Origin: an uncultured Candidatus Saccharibacteria bacterium
GTDB taxonomy: Bacteria > Patescibacteriota > Minisyncoccia > Phycocordibacterales > Phycocordibacteraceae
Assembly (NCBI GenBank): GCA_964593365.1
Contig: CAZQGQ010000002.1
Location: 85,671-149,670 of the forward strand
DNA: 64,000 bases
Direction of reading: 5' to 3'
This document shows, piece by piece, positions 17,884 through 27,416 of this stretch. Under the pieces are notes generated by a model. The model searched no databases and was not told where the DNA came from. It was given only the letters and a program-made list of their open reading frames with translations. The position numbers were made by a program, and so were the translations under genes. Position 1 is the first letter of the stretch. Each line of letters starts with the position of its first letter.

Positions 17884-19545
17884 ATGAACGCCCCGGAACT
17901 CAAGGAACATCTCGCATCCCTACTCCAGGGAGACGTTGAGGACGATGCTGCGACACTTAAGAAGTTTTCTCGCGACACCAGCGTCTTCGAGCGGATGCCC
18001 TCTCTTGTCGTCTACCCTAAAGATGCAAATGATGTTTCAAGCTTAGTGAAAGCAGTGCGAAAGGCCAAAGAAGACGGTGAAGATGTTTCTATCACCGCAC
18101 GCTCTGCAGGAACGGATATGACCGGAGGGCCGCTCACTCGCTCCATCGTTGCGGAGTTCATGCGCTACATGAATAAAGTGATCGAGGTTGGCGAAGGCTA
18201 CGCTGTTACAGAGCCTGGTGCGTTCTATCATGACTTCGAAGACGCGACGCTTGCCAAAGGCTATCTACTTCCCTCCTACCCTGCTTCCCGTTCACTCGCT
18301 GCAATGGGCGGCATCGTTAACAACAACTCGGGCGGTGAACGTACATTGAAATACGGCAAGACTGACCGCTACGTTGATGAGCTTGATGTCGTGCTTTCAG
18401 ACGGAACGCAGACAACCTTCAAAGCGCTCGGCCCTGACGAGCTCGCGAAGAAAAAGGAACAGCAGGATTTTGAAGGCGATATCTATCGCCGCATGAGCGC
18501 TCTCATCATCGAGAACCGAACCCAGATAGAAGCAGCACGTCCTCGCGTCTCGAAAAACTCAGCCGGGTATGCACTCTGGGACGTTTTTGATACGGATAAC
18601 GGAACCTTCAACCTCGCAAAGCTCATCACGGGAGCTCAAGGAACTCTGGCTCTTACGACCAAGATGAAGCTCTCCCTCATTAAGCCCAAAGGCCACCGCG
18701 CGATGCTCGTGGTCTTCGTCTCAGACGAGAAGGTTCTTCCTGAGGTGGTACGGCGTGTCTTGGCCCTCTCTCCCGAATCGTTTGAGTCTTATGACCATCA
18801 CACTTTTACGCTTGCACTTCGCTTCCTGCCGCAGATGCTCGGGCAGATGGGGCTGCTACGCGCCATACACCTAGGATGGTCCTTTATTCCCGAGATCTGG
18901 ATGGCACTAACCGGAGGCGTTCCGAAACTCATTCTCATGGCCGAGTTTGCAGAAGATACGATCCAAGAAGCGGATAAGAAAACCGTTGCAGCAAAAGAAG
19001 CACTCAAAGATCTACACCTTCCAACGAAAGTGGAGTGGAATGAGAAGTCATCTGAAAAATACTGGACGGTGCGCCGGGAAAGCTTCGCGCTCCTTCGAAA
19101 GAATCTGCATGGACTCTATGCAAGCCCGTTCATCGACGACTTTGTCGTTCCTCCGGATTCCTATCCTGAGTTTCTTCCAGAACTGAATGCGCTTCTCGAG
19201 CAATATAAGGACCGCTTCATTTACACGATCGCGGGGCACATTGGTAACGGGAATTTCCACATCATCCCGCTCATGAATCTCAATTCCCCCGAAGTGCGCC
19301 ATGTCATCATTGAGCTTGGGCCGAAAGTATACGAGCTTGTCCTTAAATATGGAGGGACGACGACCGGAGAGCATAATGACGGCATCATCCGAACGCCCTA
19401 CCTTCCGATGCTCTTTGGCGAGGAGATGGTTGCGCTCTTTGAAAAGACGAAGCGGATCTTTGATCCCATGAATATCTTCAATCCAGGCAAAAAAGTGGGC
19501 GGCACCTTCGCCGATATTGAGCGGGACATGCTCACGAGGGCGTAA
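17884..19545 (+). CDS. FAD-linked oxidase (GlcD / D-lactate dehydrogenase-like, FAD_binding_4 + C-terminal domain)
   Basis: 553 aa; FAD-binding PCMH-type N-terminal domain and a C-terminal HIGNGNFH motif. A -10 TGTATACT lies 7 nt before the ATG. Confidence 0.8.
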   Translation: MNAPELKEHLASLLQGDVEDDAATLKKFSRDTSVFERMPSLVVYPKDANDVSSLVKAVRKAKEDGEDVSITARSAGTDMTGGPLTRSIVAEFMRYMNKVIEVGEGYAVTEPGAFYHDFEDATLAKGYLLPSYPASRSLAAMGGIVNNNSGGERTLKYGKTDRYVDELDVVLSDGTQTTFKALGPDELAKKKEQQDFEGDIYRRMSALIIENRTQIEAARPRVSKNSAGYALWDVFDTDNGTFNLAKLITGAQGTLALTTKMKLSLIKPKGHRAMLVVFVSDEKVLPEVVRRVLALSPESFESYDHHTFTLALRFLPQMLGQMGLLRAIHLGWSFIPEIWMALTGGVPKLILMAEFAEDTIQEADKKTVAAKEALKDLHLPTKVEWNEKSSEKYWTVRRESFALLRKNLHGLYASPFIDDFVVPPDSYPEFLPELNALLEQYKDRFIYTIAGHIGNGNFHIIPLMNLNSPEVRHVIIELGPKVYELVLKYGGTTTGEHNDGIIRTPYLPMLFGEEMVALFEKTKRIFDPMNIFNPGKKVGGTFADIERDMLTRA

Positions 19546-19668
19546 TCCACAGGACACGCATCGACATTGCTTTTTGGTGATTTGTGTCCCATACTTGGAC
19601 TAACTCGCAGGTTTCAAGAGGCTTCGGCAGTTCGGTATCGGCGAGAACTTAAAAAATCACGTTCACGC

Positions 19669-20043
19669 ATGGCTAATACCAAGTTGTACGTCGGAGGCAT
19701 CCCCTACCGCACGACCGAAGATGAGATGCGAACCGCCTTTGAAGAGGCCGGAGCAGTCACATCAGCAAGCATTATTATGGACCGCATGACGGGCCGCTCA
19801 CGAGGTTTCGGCTTCGTTGAAATGGCTGACGAAGCGGGAGCCCAGGCAGCTATCGACCGCTGGGACGGCAAGGAATTTGATGGGCGCACGCTCTCAGTTT
19901 CCTTTGCTCGCCCTCAGGGTGATCGCCCTCCTCGCGAAGGCGGTGGAGGTGGCAGTCGCGGAGGTTTTGGCGGCGGTAACCGCGGAGGCGGCTACGGCGG
20001 CGGAAACAACGATCGCGGAGGCTACCACAGCGGAGGCTACTAA
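19669..20043 (+). CDS. RNA-binding protein with RRM domain and Gly-rich C-terminal tail
   Basis: RNP2 LYVGGIPY and RNP1 RGFGFVEM, followed by a GGGGSRGGFGGGNRGGGYGGGN tail. Start at the internal Met MANTKLY. Confidence 0.85.
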   Translation: MANTKLYVGGIPYRTTEDEMRTAFEEAGAVTSASIIMDRMTGRSRGFGFVEMADEAGAQAAIDRWDGKEFDGRTLSVSFARPQGDRPPREGGGGGSRGGFGGGNRGGGYGGGNNDRGGYHSGGY

Positions 20044-20055
20044 TTTCGCTTACAG

Positions 20056-20099
20056 AAAAACACCCGGGAATTTCTTCCCGGGTGTTTTTTGTTTGTTTT
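20056..20099. terminator. Bidirectional intrinsic terminator between convergent genes
   Basis: Stem acacccgggaa-tttc-ttcccgggtgt, flanked by an A-tract and a T-tract. Confidence 0.8.
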
Positions 20100-20105
20100 A
20101 CGACC

Positions 20106-20642
20106 CTAAAAATCAACGTCGCCTGAGACTTCGGGCAATACGACCTGCAGCCTCTCTAGGATCCGTCTTACTTTAGCTGCCTGAGGCTTGTCTTGTAGCC
20201 AGCTAATCAAGCGGGCACGCATCTGGAATCCATCAGTCGTAAAAAGTCCGCTGAATGAAAGATCAGCTGGGTCTTCCATGAAATGCTCAGCGCGCATCGT
20301 ATCCATAGTCGGATCTGCAGCTGTTGCAGCATTAATAGCATCGAGAAACTCTTGATAGTCCATCCGAGCCGCGGAAACTATCTTCAGATAGATTGCCTGG
20401 TCCGTATCCCGCAGTTCATCCAGAGCATGTGTCATGAGATACGTCAGTCGCTGAAACTCGACGAAGAAGCTCTCCTGTTCTTCTCGGCCTGGACTATCAG
20501 CCTCGCGCATGAGCCCCATGAGCTCCTGCAGCATCGCAAGTTCGCCTTCTTCCTCTTCGGTCAGCGTACCGAGATCCTCAACGATCTTTTCTGGGGATAC
20601 TGGCTCTGTGCTGGTCGGAGGTCCACCTTCGTTTTTAGCCAT
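20106..20642 (-). CDS. Hypothetical acidic protein
   Basis: 178 aa, E/D-rich and helical, with no recognisable motif. Confidence 0.45.
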   Translation of the reverse strand: MAKNEGGPPTSTEPVSPEKIVEDLGTLTEEEEGELAMLQELMGLMREADSPGREEQESFFVEFQRLTYLMTHALDELRDTDQAIYLKIVSAARMDYQEFLDAINAATAADPTMDTMRAEHFMEDPADLSFSGLFTTDGFQMRARLISWLQDKPQAAKVRRILERLQVVLPEVSGDVDF

Positions 20643-20664
20643 AGTTACATTATATCTTCTAGAT

Positions 20665-20985
20665 TCACTCCACGACTCCTATCGGATAAACATGAGTCGC
20701 TGGCTCTTCGTACGGATGCGTAGATTTAATCGCCTTGAGCACGTCCGTGAGCTTATCCTCTGCACACACCGTCTCGATGCGTTCTTCCTCAACCGCTTCG
20801 AGCTTACCCACTTCGCCTATCGTTGGGTGAGCACCTTCTTCAGGCTTGAAACGACCCGTTCCCTTCAGAGTAAAGCTGCAATGGGAGTAGTTACCTATTT
20901 TGCCTGCGCCCGCTTGCCCGATTGCCTCGCGCACTTTGTCTGCGTGCGTTTCTGGCACATATATAACGATCTTATATCTCTTCAT
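20665..20985 (-). CDS. Small PII-like fold protein (CutA/Nif3-insert-like), function unknown
   Basis: 106 aa. The C-terminal HPYEEPATHVYPI resembles the CutA1/Nif3 family C-terminus; the family assignment is tentative. Confidence 0.4.
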   Translation of the reverse strand: MKRYKIVIYVPETHADKVREAIGQAGAGKIGNYSHCSFTLKGTGRFKPEEGAHPTIGEVGKLEAVEEERIETVCAEDKLTDVLKAIKSTHPYEEPATHVYPIGVVE

Positions 20986-21009
20986 ACTAGAGAGTGTACC
21001 TTACGCGTA

Positions 21010-22257
21010 TTAGCTCTTATGCCTTGGACGGTGAGAGCTTCGCACCCGCACAGCCACCGGATGCTTATGCTCACGTATCACAAACTGATAGGCAATCCAG
21101 GTAACAAGTATGAATCCTGCGCCGATAGCGATGGTCCACGAGGGGCCAATAAGGGTATAGGCGATACCTGCAATAAAGGGACCTACCGCCCATCCGAGAT
21201 CCTGGAACACGTTAATGATTCCAGACACGAGCCCGTCGCTATCATGCTCCTTATCGAGGGAGTGGAGCCACGACCAGAGCGTAATGCTTGCCATCTCCTC
21301 GCCCGTCGTTGCGAGAAAGCCAAACAGAAGGAAGAGCCATGAGAAATGGAAGCCAAGGAAGAGGCCTGAGACTGAGAAGAGTAGGATGCCGAAGAAGACG
21401 AGGGTCCGCTTGTTCCACCGGTCTGCGAGCGATCCGAGGAAAAATCCCAGAACAACAACCGCAAAATCGAAGATGCCAAGCCCGAGAGAAAGCAGGCCTG
21501 CGTCTGCCTGATGAACGATGACGATCGGCACGACAAACCAGATGATGCCGTAGAAGACGGATGAACTAAACCCAAGCAATAGAAGCATCCCACTTGCGGG
21601 GTTGAGCTTTGCCAGGGCCTTAAAGGTATCAGGAAGGAACTTTCGCCGTACGAAATAGTGATGTTGCGGATGCTTTTTCTCGACATGCACCGAGGTATGA
21701 TCCTTTGGAGAAAGACGTATAGCGACAAGCGCCAGCAGGAGCGCGCAGACCATCCAGAGCGCTATGAATTGGGGTGAGAGAAGGAGGGCGATACCAAGGA
21801 CAGCGCTTATGAGAACGACTCCCAATGAGCCGAACACGTCGCGAAAGGAGATGAACTTCCCCGCATGTGCCTTAGGGGCATGCGAGAGAATATAGGCATT
21901 AACTCCTGGACCGAAAAATACCCATCCAAAAATAGAGATGCCAAGACTTATAAGATAGGTAGTGAGCGAGAATTCAAGTACCAGAATTCCAGCTGCCAGT
22001 ACGAACAGAATAGTGCCGAGCGTCAGGAGCTTACGGTAGCCGTAACGGTCAAGAAGATGCCCTACTGGTACATCAAGGATGAGCTGCGCAAGCGCGCACC
22101 CTCCCATAAGAGTTCCTACTACCCAAAGCGGGAGAAGCTTCTCTCCAAGAGGCGCAACCACAGAGTAATGGAGTCCTGCCCCAAACTTGAACAGGATGAG
22201 AAATATCCAGAACGGAAGGAAGGCGAGAAAGATGCGGTAGATATTCGGAGCAGTCAC
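21010..22257 (-). CDS. MFS transporter
   Basis: 415 aa with 12 predicted TM helices and an MFS-type loop DRYGYRK. Confidence 0.8.
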   Translation of the reverse strand: MTAPNIYRIFLAFLPFWIFLILFKFGAGLHYSVVAPLGEKLLPLWVVGTLMGGCALAQLILDVPVGHLLDRYGYRKLLTLGTILFVLAAGILVLEFSLTTYLISLGISIFGWVFFGPGVNAYILSHAPKAHAGKFISFRDVFGSLGVVLISAVLGIALLLSPQFIALWMVCALLLALVAIRLSPKDHTSVHVEKKHPQHHYFVRRKFLPDTFKALAKLNPASGMLLLLGFSSSVFYGIIWFVVPIVIVHQADAGLLSLGLGIFDFAVVVLGFFLGSLADRWNKRTLVFFGILLFSVSGLFLGFHFSWLFLLFGFLATTGEEMASITLWSWLHSLDKEHDSDGLVSGIINVFQDLGWAVGPFIAGIAYTLIGPSWTIAIGAGFILVTWIAYQFVIREHKHPVAVRVRSSHRPRHKS

Positions 22258-22306
22258 CCAAGGAGTATAACTTGTACCGGCCTGGTAGGGACTCGGACCT
22301 CTGCTG

Positions 22307-22774
22307 TTACCCGCACTTGGTCACGCTCGCTTCAGAGGGACCCAGCACCTGGCGCTTCTTCCCTTCAGCGTGCCACCCAACAAGGTTTGAAAGCACTTGG
22401 AAGAACGTGGCGATGCCTGCAAGAGCGAGTATAAGGATGATCGGCCACGCGATCGCAGAAGCGAAGTAGAAAAAGACGACGAAGAAGCTGAACCAGAGCC
22501 CCGTGCACCATGGGCAGTTGATAAGCTGCGCGAACGTTCCTACAAACGTTCCAGGATCCTTGCCTGCAACTGCGGTTCGGATGAACTGGGTAATGACGTC
22601 ATAGCTTGCAAGGCGTATGAGGCGGAAGATGGCGAGCGCCATCAACACGAAATCACCAACAGAGATGTGGCGAGCGAGCAGTCCCTCGCGAAGGAGCCAG
22701 TCAGTCCCGATAAGGACAAGAGCGGCAAAGAAAACACCAAAGAGGACGTTCCAGAATGCGTTACGCATGCGCAT
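22307..22774 (-). CDS. Membrane protein, DUF1360-like
   Basis: CPWCTGLW motif with 4 TM helices. Start chosen at MRMRNAF; the track start 22861 would overlap the divergent prmC gene. Confidence 0.5.
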   Translation of the reverse strand: MRMRNAFWNVLFGVFFAALVLIGTDWLLREGLLARHISVGDFVLMALAIFRLIRLASYDVITQFIRTAVAGKDPGTFVGTFAQLINCPWCTGLWFSFFVVFFYFASAIAWPIILILALAGIATFFQVLSNLVGWHAEGKKRQVLGPSEASVTKCG

Positions 22775-22790
22775 AGTATATCGTACTTGA

Positions 22791-23531
22791 ATGGAAGCGG
22801 ACAAATCAGATATACAGGCACTCATACGGGAGAAGTATGAAGGCGACGCGGATGCCGACATCTCTCAGGACGTTATGCGCCTTGCTGCGGGAGAACCGCT
22901 TGCCTACGTGATCGGGCACATCCCCTTTTTGGGCCTGACGATTACTCTTGATTCTCATCCCCTTATTCCCCGCCCTGAGACTGAGTGGTGGACCGAAAAG
23001 CTGGTAGCGCATCTAAACGAACGCGGCGTCTCAACCGTGCTTGATCTGTGCGCCGGCTCAGGAGCAATCGGCTTAGCGACCCTCAAACATGTTCCAGGCG
23101 TCCACGTCTCCTTTGGCGAAGTGGCACGTGAACACTCCGCGCTCATTCAAAAGAACCTTGAAAGCAATAATCTCGACGCATCTCGCGCAGATATCAGAAC
23201 GGGAGATCTCTTTGCGCCATTTACGGGAGAGCGCTTCGACGTCATTGCTACTAACCCTCCGTATATACCTCAAGGACGAGAACTCCCCGTAAGCGTGAGC
23301 GCCTTTGAGCCAGCAGAAGCTTTATACGGAGGCGAAGACGGTTTGCACCTTATCCGCCAGATCGCCCAAGAAGCGAGAGAGCACCTCCATCCAGGCGGCG
23401 AGCTTTGGATGGAATGCGATACCGAACATATAGAGGAGGTGCAAAAGCTCTTACTTGAGGGTGGTGCGATATCCGCCGCAATCCAAAACGACCAGTATGA
23501 GCGCCCTCGGCTTGTGCTAGCATTGTACTGA
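22791..23531 (+). CDS. prmC: Release-factor glutamine N5-methyltransferase
   Basis: NPPY motif (DVIATNPPYIP) and SAM-binding LDLCAGSGAIG. Confidence 0.85.
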   Translation: MEADKSDIQALIREKYEGDADADISQDVMRLAAGEPLAYVIGHIPFLGLTITLDSHPLIPRPETEWWTEKLVAHLNERGVSTVLDLCAGSGAIGLATLKHVPGVHVSFGEVAREHSALIQKNLESNNLDASRADIRTGDLFAPFTGERFDVIATNPPYIPQGRELPVSVSAFEPAEALYGGEDGLHLIRQIAQEAREHLHPGGELWMECDTEHIEEVQKLLLEGGAISAAIQNDQYERPRLVLALY

Positions 23532-23532
23532 C

Positions 23533-23772
23533 ATGGACCAGGGCCCTTCGATCCCAACCTCGCTTCCAACGGTGATAGAGCTGCCTGGTCTTGAGACTCT
23601 GCTTGCGATTGTCGTCACCATCATCTTTATCTGGTGGCTGGTGTTCACCATTGTGGCGGGATACCACCTGATGCGCTTTGCGCGCGAGTCCTGGCTTACC
23701 GTTCCCGCAATCGCGCTGCACTTGTTTATCTCCGCATGGATATTCGTGTTTGCCACCGGCGGACTCCACTAA
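23533..23772 (+). CDS. Small membrane protein (2 TM), hypothetical
   Basis: 79 aa; its start is 1 nt after the prmC stop. Confidence 0.45.
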   Translation: MDQGPSIPTSLPTVIELPGLETLLAIVVTIIFIWWLVFTIVAGYHLMRFARESWLTVPAIALHLFISAWIFVFATGGLH

Positions 23773-23775
23773 TAT

Positions 23776-24348
23776 ATGGCTGAATTTTCACTACATCATA
23801 ACGAGAAGATCATCATGGTGGTCAGGAAGCACCCGCTTATCTTGGTGGGTTCGCTCATTCCGTATGCCATTCTCGATTACCTGCCCTACCTCCTTCCAGC
23901 GCTTGGTCGCTTCCTTGAGACGGCGAGCGCCGCAAACGTGGTCGGCTGGATCGATATCCTCTCTTTTGAGAACCCGTGGACGCGCTTCATCATCGGCATC
24001 TACTGGCTCTTTGTCTGGATGGGCGCCTTCGGCACGTTCATAAACTTCTATCTCGATCAGTGGTACATCACGACTGAGCGCATCGTTGACATCGATCAGA
24101 AAGATTTCTGGCACCGCCAGGTGTCTACGCTCCTTCTCACGCGCGTCGAAGACGTGGAGACCAATATCAGCGGGCTCTTTGATACCTTGTTTGGTTTTGG
24201 CACCATCTCAGTAGAAACAGCAGGCGCAGAGCCTGGACGCTTTAAGATGCCGGGGCTTTCGCGTCCTCGGGAGGTTCGCGACCTTATCCTTAAGGAAGCA
24301 GCCCGATCACGCCGGGAAGAGAATATCGGCGTCGAGCCGAAGGCGTGA
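23776..24348 (+). CDS. Membrane protein with bacterial PH domain (bPH_2 / YdbT-like)
   Basis: 190 aa; two TM helices followed by a PH-like region (YITTERIVDIDQKDFW...). Confidence 0.5.
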   Translation: MAEFSLHHNEKIIMVVRKHPLILVGSLIPYAILDYLPYLLPALGRFLETASAANVVGWIDILSFENPWTRFIIGIYWLFVWMGAFGTFINFYLDQWYITTERIVDIDQKDFWHRQVSTLLLTRVEDVETNISGLFDTLFGFGTISVETAGAEPGRFKMPGLSRPREVRDLILKEAARSRREENIGVEPKA

Positions 24349-24376
24349 GAAAAATCCGCTCCTCTGCTACACTCTT

Positions 24377-25642
24377 TTGATGAGCGATAAAAAGCAGCTT
24401 GATACTGAGCCTTATAAGGGCGTCCGGGACTTCTATCCAGCCGATATGGCAGAACGGAAGGCAATGTTTGGCGTTATCCGGAACGTGCTGACAAGCTACG
24501 GCTATGAAGAATACGACGCTTCCCCACTCGAGCGTTCTGAGTTGTATGAGAAGAAAGGTAACGAAGAAATAATCCGAGAGCAGACTTACAGTTTCGAGGA
24601 CCGCGGCGGAAGACGCATCACGCTTCGTCCTGAGATGACGCCGACCCTGGCCCGCATGGTCGCCGGCAAGCGCCGCGAACTTATATTCCCGCTCCGATGG
24701 TTCTCGATCGGAAACCGCTTCCGCTATGAGCGCATGCAGCGCGGGCGAACCCGCGAGTTCTATCAGACAGACGTGGACTTCATCGGTCTTCCTGAGGGCG
24801 AGGCAGATGTGGAGGCACTCACAATCGCAAGCACTGTTCTCAAAGCTTTTGGCGCAACAGAGAACGATTTCACCATCCGCGTAAGCTCGCGGGCGCTTCT
24901 TGGCGCTGCCTGCAAAGCCACCGGACTCACTGATGAGGAAGGCGTTCGAGCGTACTGGCAGCTCCTTGATAAGAAAGCAAAGATGCCTGCCGAAGAGTTT
25001 GAAGCTGCGCGAAAAGGAAATCCTGATCCGTTGGCTGCCGTTGAAGAAGCAACTGATCCTGAGGTGCGTGCCCAAAAAGAGAAGCTATTTGGGATGATCG
25101 AGACGATCAAGGCGCGCGGCATTACCAACATTTCCTTTGACCCAGAAATCGTACGCGGATTCGATTACTACACCGGCATGGTGTTTGAGGTATATGACAC
25201 CGATCCGAAGAACTCGCGCTCCCTCTTTGGCGGAGGTCGCTATGACGGACTGGTCGCCTTGTTTGGCGGCGATCCTATCCCTGCAGTTGGGTTTGCCTTC
25301 AGCGACGTTGTGATCCGAGACTTCCTTGAGATCCATAACTTACTACCGCAAGCTAAAAGCGTAGCGGGAGTCTATCTTGGAACTCCGAGCACCGATACGA
25401 TTCCAGCAGCTCAGGAGTTCGCAAAGACCCTCCGTGCAGCGGGCATCTCTGTCTTCGTAAACCTCTCCGACAAGGGCCTTGGAGACCAGGTAAAAAACGC
25501 TGACCGCCGCGGTATTCCCTTCTTCATTGCCTACGGACAAGACGAGGCGTCAGGAACCGAGATCCGCATCAAGAATCTTGCAACGGGAGAGGAGACAACG
25601 GTATCGAAAGCTGACGCAGCGAAGACACTAAGCGCGAAGTAG
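24377..25642 (+). CDS. hisS: Histidyl-tRNA synthetase
   Basis: Class II aaRS motifs, including the HisRS-specific RGFDYYTGMVFE and GGRYD. Confidence 0.9.
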   Translation: MMSDKKQLDTEPYKGVRDFYPADMAERKAMFGVIRNVLTSYGYEEYDASPLERSELYEKKGNEEIIREQTYSFEDRGGRRITLRPEMTPTLARMVAGKRRELIFPLRWFSIGNRFRYERMQRGRTREFYQTDVDFIGLPEGEADVEALTIASTVLKAFGATENDFTIRVSSRALLGAACKATGLTDEEGVRAYWQLLDKKAKMPAEEFEAARKGNPDPLAAVEEATDPEVRAQKEKLFGMIETIKARGITNISFDPEIVRGFDYYTGMVFEVYDTDPKNSRSLFGGGRYDGLVALFGGDPIPAVGFAFSDVVIRDFLEIHNLLPQAKSVAGVYLGTPSTDTIPAAQEFAKTLRAAGISVFVNLSDKGLGDQVKNADRRGIPFFIAYGQDEASGTEIRIKNLATGEETTVSKADAAKTLSAK

Positions 25643-25643
25643 C

Positions 25644-26222
25644 ATGCGGGCGATTACGTTTGATATTGAAACTAAGCTCACTCCGATTGTACGCGGGCGC
25701 CTTGATGTGAATACCATGGAACTGACGGTAGTTGGGGTCCATGACTCTTCGACTGGCGAGTATTCCTCGTACCTCAAAGAAGACCTGCCGAAACTCTGGC
25801 CCGTGCTTGAGGGAGCAGACATGCTGATCGGCTTTAACTCAGACAGCTTCGATATTCCCCTCTTGAACCGTTACTACCCGGGTGATCTCACGAAGATCCG
25901 TTCCCTTGATCTTCTCACCGAGGTGCACAAGGCGCTTGGCCGACGCATTAGACTCCAGTCTCTTGCCGAAGCTACTCTTGGTAAAGGAAAGAAGGGCGAC
26001 GGCCTCCAGGCTGGCGTCTGGTGGGAAGAAGGTCTTTATGACAAAGTACGCGAATACTGCGTCGAGGACGTGCGTCTCACGCGCGAACTCTATGACTACG
26101 CCCGCGAGCACGGGCATTTGAAATACAAGGACCTGAACAAAAAGAAAGAGATTCAGATAGACGGATCCCAGTGGGAAGCCCCGGGCGAAGGACGCTCACT
26201 CACTCATACCTTGGGGATTTAA
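25644..26222 (+). CDS. DEDD-family 3'-5' exonuclease (RNase_H-like fold)
   Basis: Exo I FDIET, Exo II GFNSDSFDIPLL and Exo III YCVEDVRLTRELY. It starts 2 nt after the hisS stop. Confidence 0.7.
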   Translation: MRAITFDIETKLTPIVRGRLDVNTMELTVVGVHDSSTGEYSSYLKEDLPKLWPVLEGADMLIGFNSDSFDIPLLNRYYPGDLTKIRSLDLLTEVHKALGRRIRLQSLAEATLGKGKKGDGLQAGVWWEEGLYDKVREYCVEDVRLTRELYDYAREHGHLKYKDLNKKKEIQIDGSQWEAPGEGRSLTHTLGI

Positions 26223-26315
26223 CGCGTTGCGGCTATCGCCAGCCTCGTGTAGGATGCCCCGACGTGCTTTGCGAAATAGGTTGCGGAGCACCAAGCACAA
26301 GGGGCAGAGACCTAG

Positions 26316-26645
26316 ATGAGACAGTACCCGTACGCGGAGATTGGGATGTATTTTATTGATGGAGGGCTGGATGAAGGCGCCCAAGCGCGTCTTAACGACA
26401 TCATTCAGCGTGTCGCTCAGGAGAGCGTAAAAGCGCCGACACTGACCAGGGTTATCACGAGCAAGCAACCGCTCGTGAAGCCAAGGTCGGTTCAACTCGT
26501 GCGCATGGTCGCCTCGCGACACCTCCACGGTCAGGTATTCCAATCAATCGCAGTTGCGGCGCGTATCGCCTATCACGAGATGCGCGACGTCTTTATCGGC
26601 ACTGAAATCGGCAACGAATCCTCCGTCCTGCTCTTGCGAGCATAA
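26316..26645 (+). CDS. Hypothetical protein
   Basis: 109 aa; SD AAGGGG upstream and a terminator downstream. Confidence 0.45.
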   Translation: MRQYPYAEIGMYFIDGGLDEGAQARLNDIIQRVAQESVKAPTLTRVITSKQPLVKPRSVQLVRMVASRHLHGQVFQSIAVAARIAYHEMRDVFIGTEIGNESSVLLLRA

Positions 26646-26670
26646 CGGGGGCAACGGCGCCACTACTTAC

Positions 26671-26702
26671 AGCCGCGTGGTGAAAACCGCGCGGCTCGTT
26701 TT
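26671..26702 (+). terminator. Intrinsic terminator
   Basis: gccgcgtgg-tgaaaa-ccgcgcggc followed by tcgttttt. Confidence 0.65.
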
Positions 26703-26723
26703 TACCCATGCTATCCTTTTTGC

Positions 26724-27416
26724 ATGGATCAAAAGAACCCGTATTTGCTTCCGGTTGCGATCATTATTGCAGGCGCGATTCTAGCAGGCGCCATCTATCT
26801 TGTCCGGACGGGAGGAGTTATCGCAACGCCGATGGGAGACACGTCTCTTACTCGCCCTGTAGACGATACTGACCGTGTCGTTGGGAGCCCGGATGCTCCG
26901 GTCATGATCGTCGAATATTCCGATATCGACTGTGCGTACTGTAAAGACTTCCAGGCAGTTCTCGAGCAGCTTATGGCTGAGTACGGACCAGGCGGACAAG
27001 TTGCTTGGACATACAGGCACTTCCCCGTCCTTTCCCTGCATCCAAACGCAGCTCTCCATGCTGAAGCCGCAGAATGCGCAGGGTCGCTTGGTGGCACTAA
27101 TGCCTTCTTCCGCTTCATCGGTGCACTCCAGCAGGCTGCTCCTGACATCAACCAGTTCAGTCCTTCCGGATACGAAGGCGTCGTGACCTCGCTTGGCCTT
27201 TCGGTTGCCGACTTCAATAGCTGCGTTCAAAGCGACCGGTTCGTTGGAAAAGTGACAAGTGATTTTGAGAACGCGGTTGATGCTGGCGGAACAGGAACTC
27301 CTTACACGGTCATCTTAATTGAAGGAAGCGAACCGCTTTCCATTACTGGCGCTATACCCTACGCCGCGATGAAAGAGGTTATCGACCAGGCGCTTACGAA
27401 AGTCACGACGGAGTAA
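26724..27416 (+). CDS. DsbA-family thiol:disulfide oxidoreductase (BdbD-like), membrane anchored
   Basis: Redox active site DIDCAYCKDF and a cis-Pro region, with an N-terminal TM helix. Confidence 0.8.
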   Translation: MDQKNPYLLPVAIIIAGAILAGAIYLVRTGGVIATPMGDTSLTRPVDDTDRVVGSPDAPVMIVEYSDIDCAYCKDFQAVLEQLMAEYGPGGQVAWTYRHFPVLSLHPNAALHAEAAECAGSLGGTNAFFRFIGALQQAAPDINQFSPSGYEGVVTSLGLSVADFNSCVQSDRFVGKVTSDFENAVDAGGTGTPYTVILIEGSEPLSITGAIPYAAMKEVIDQALTKVTTE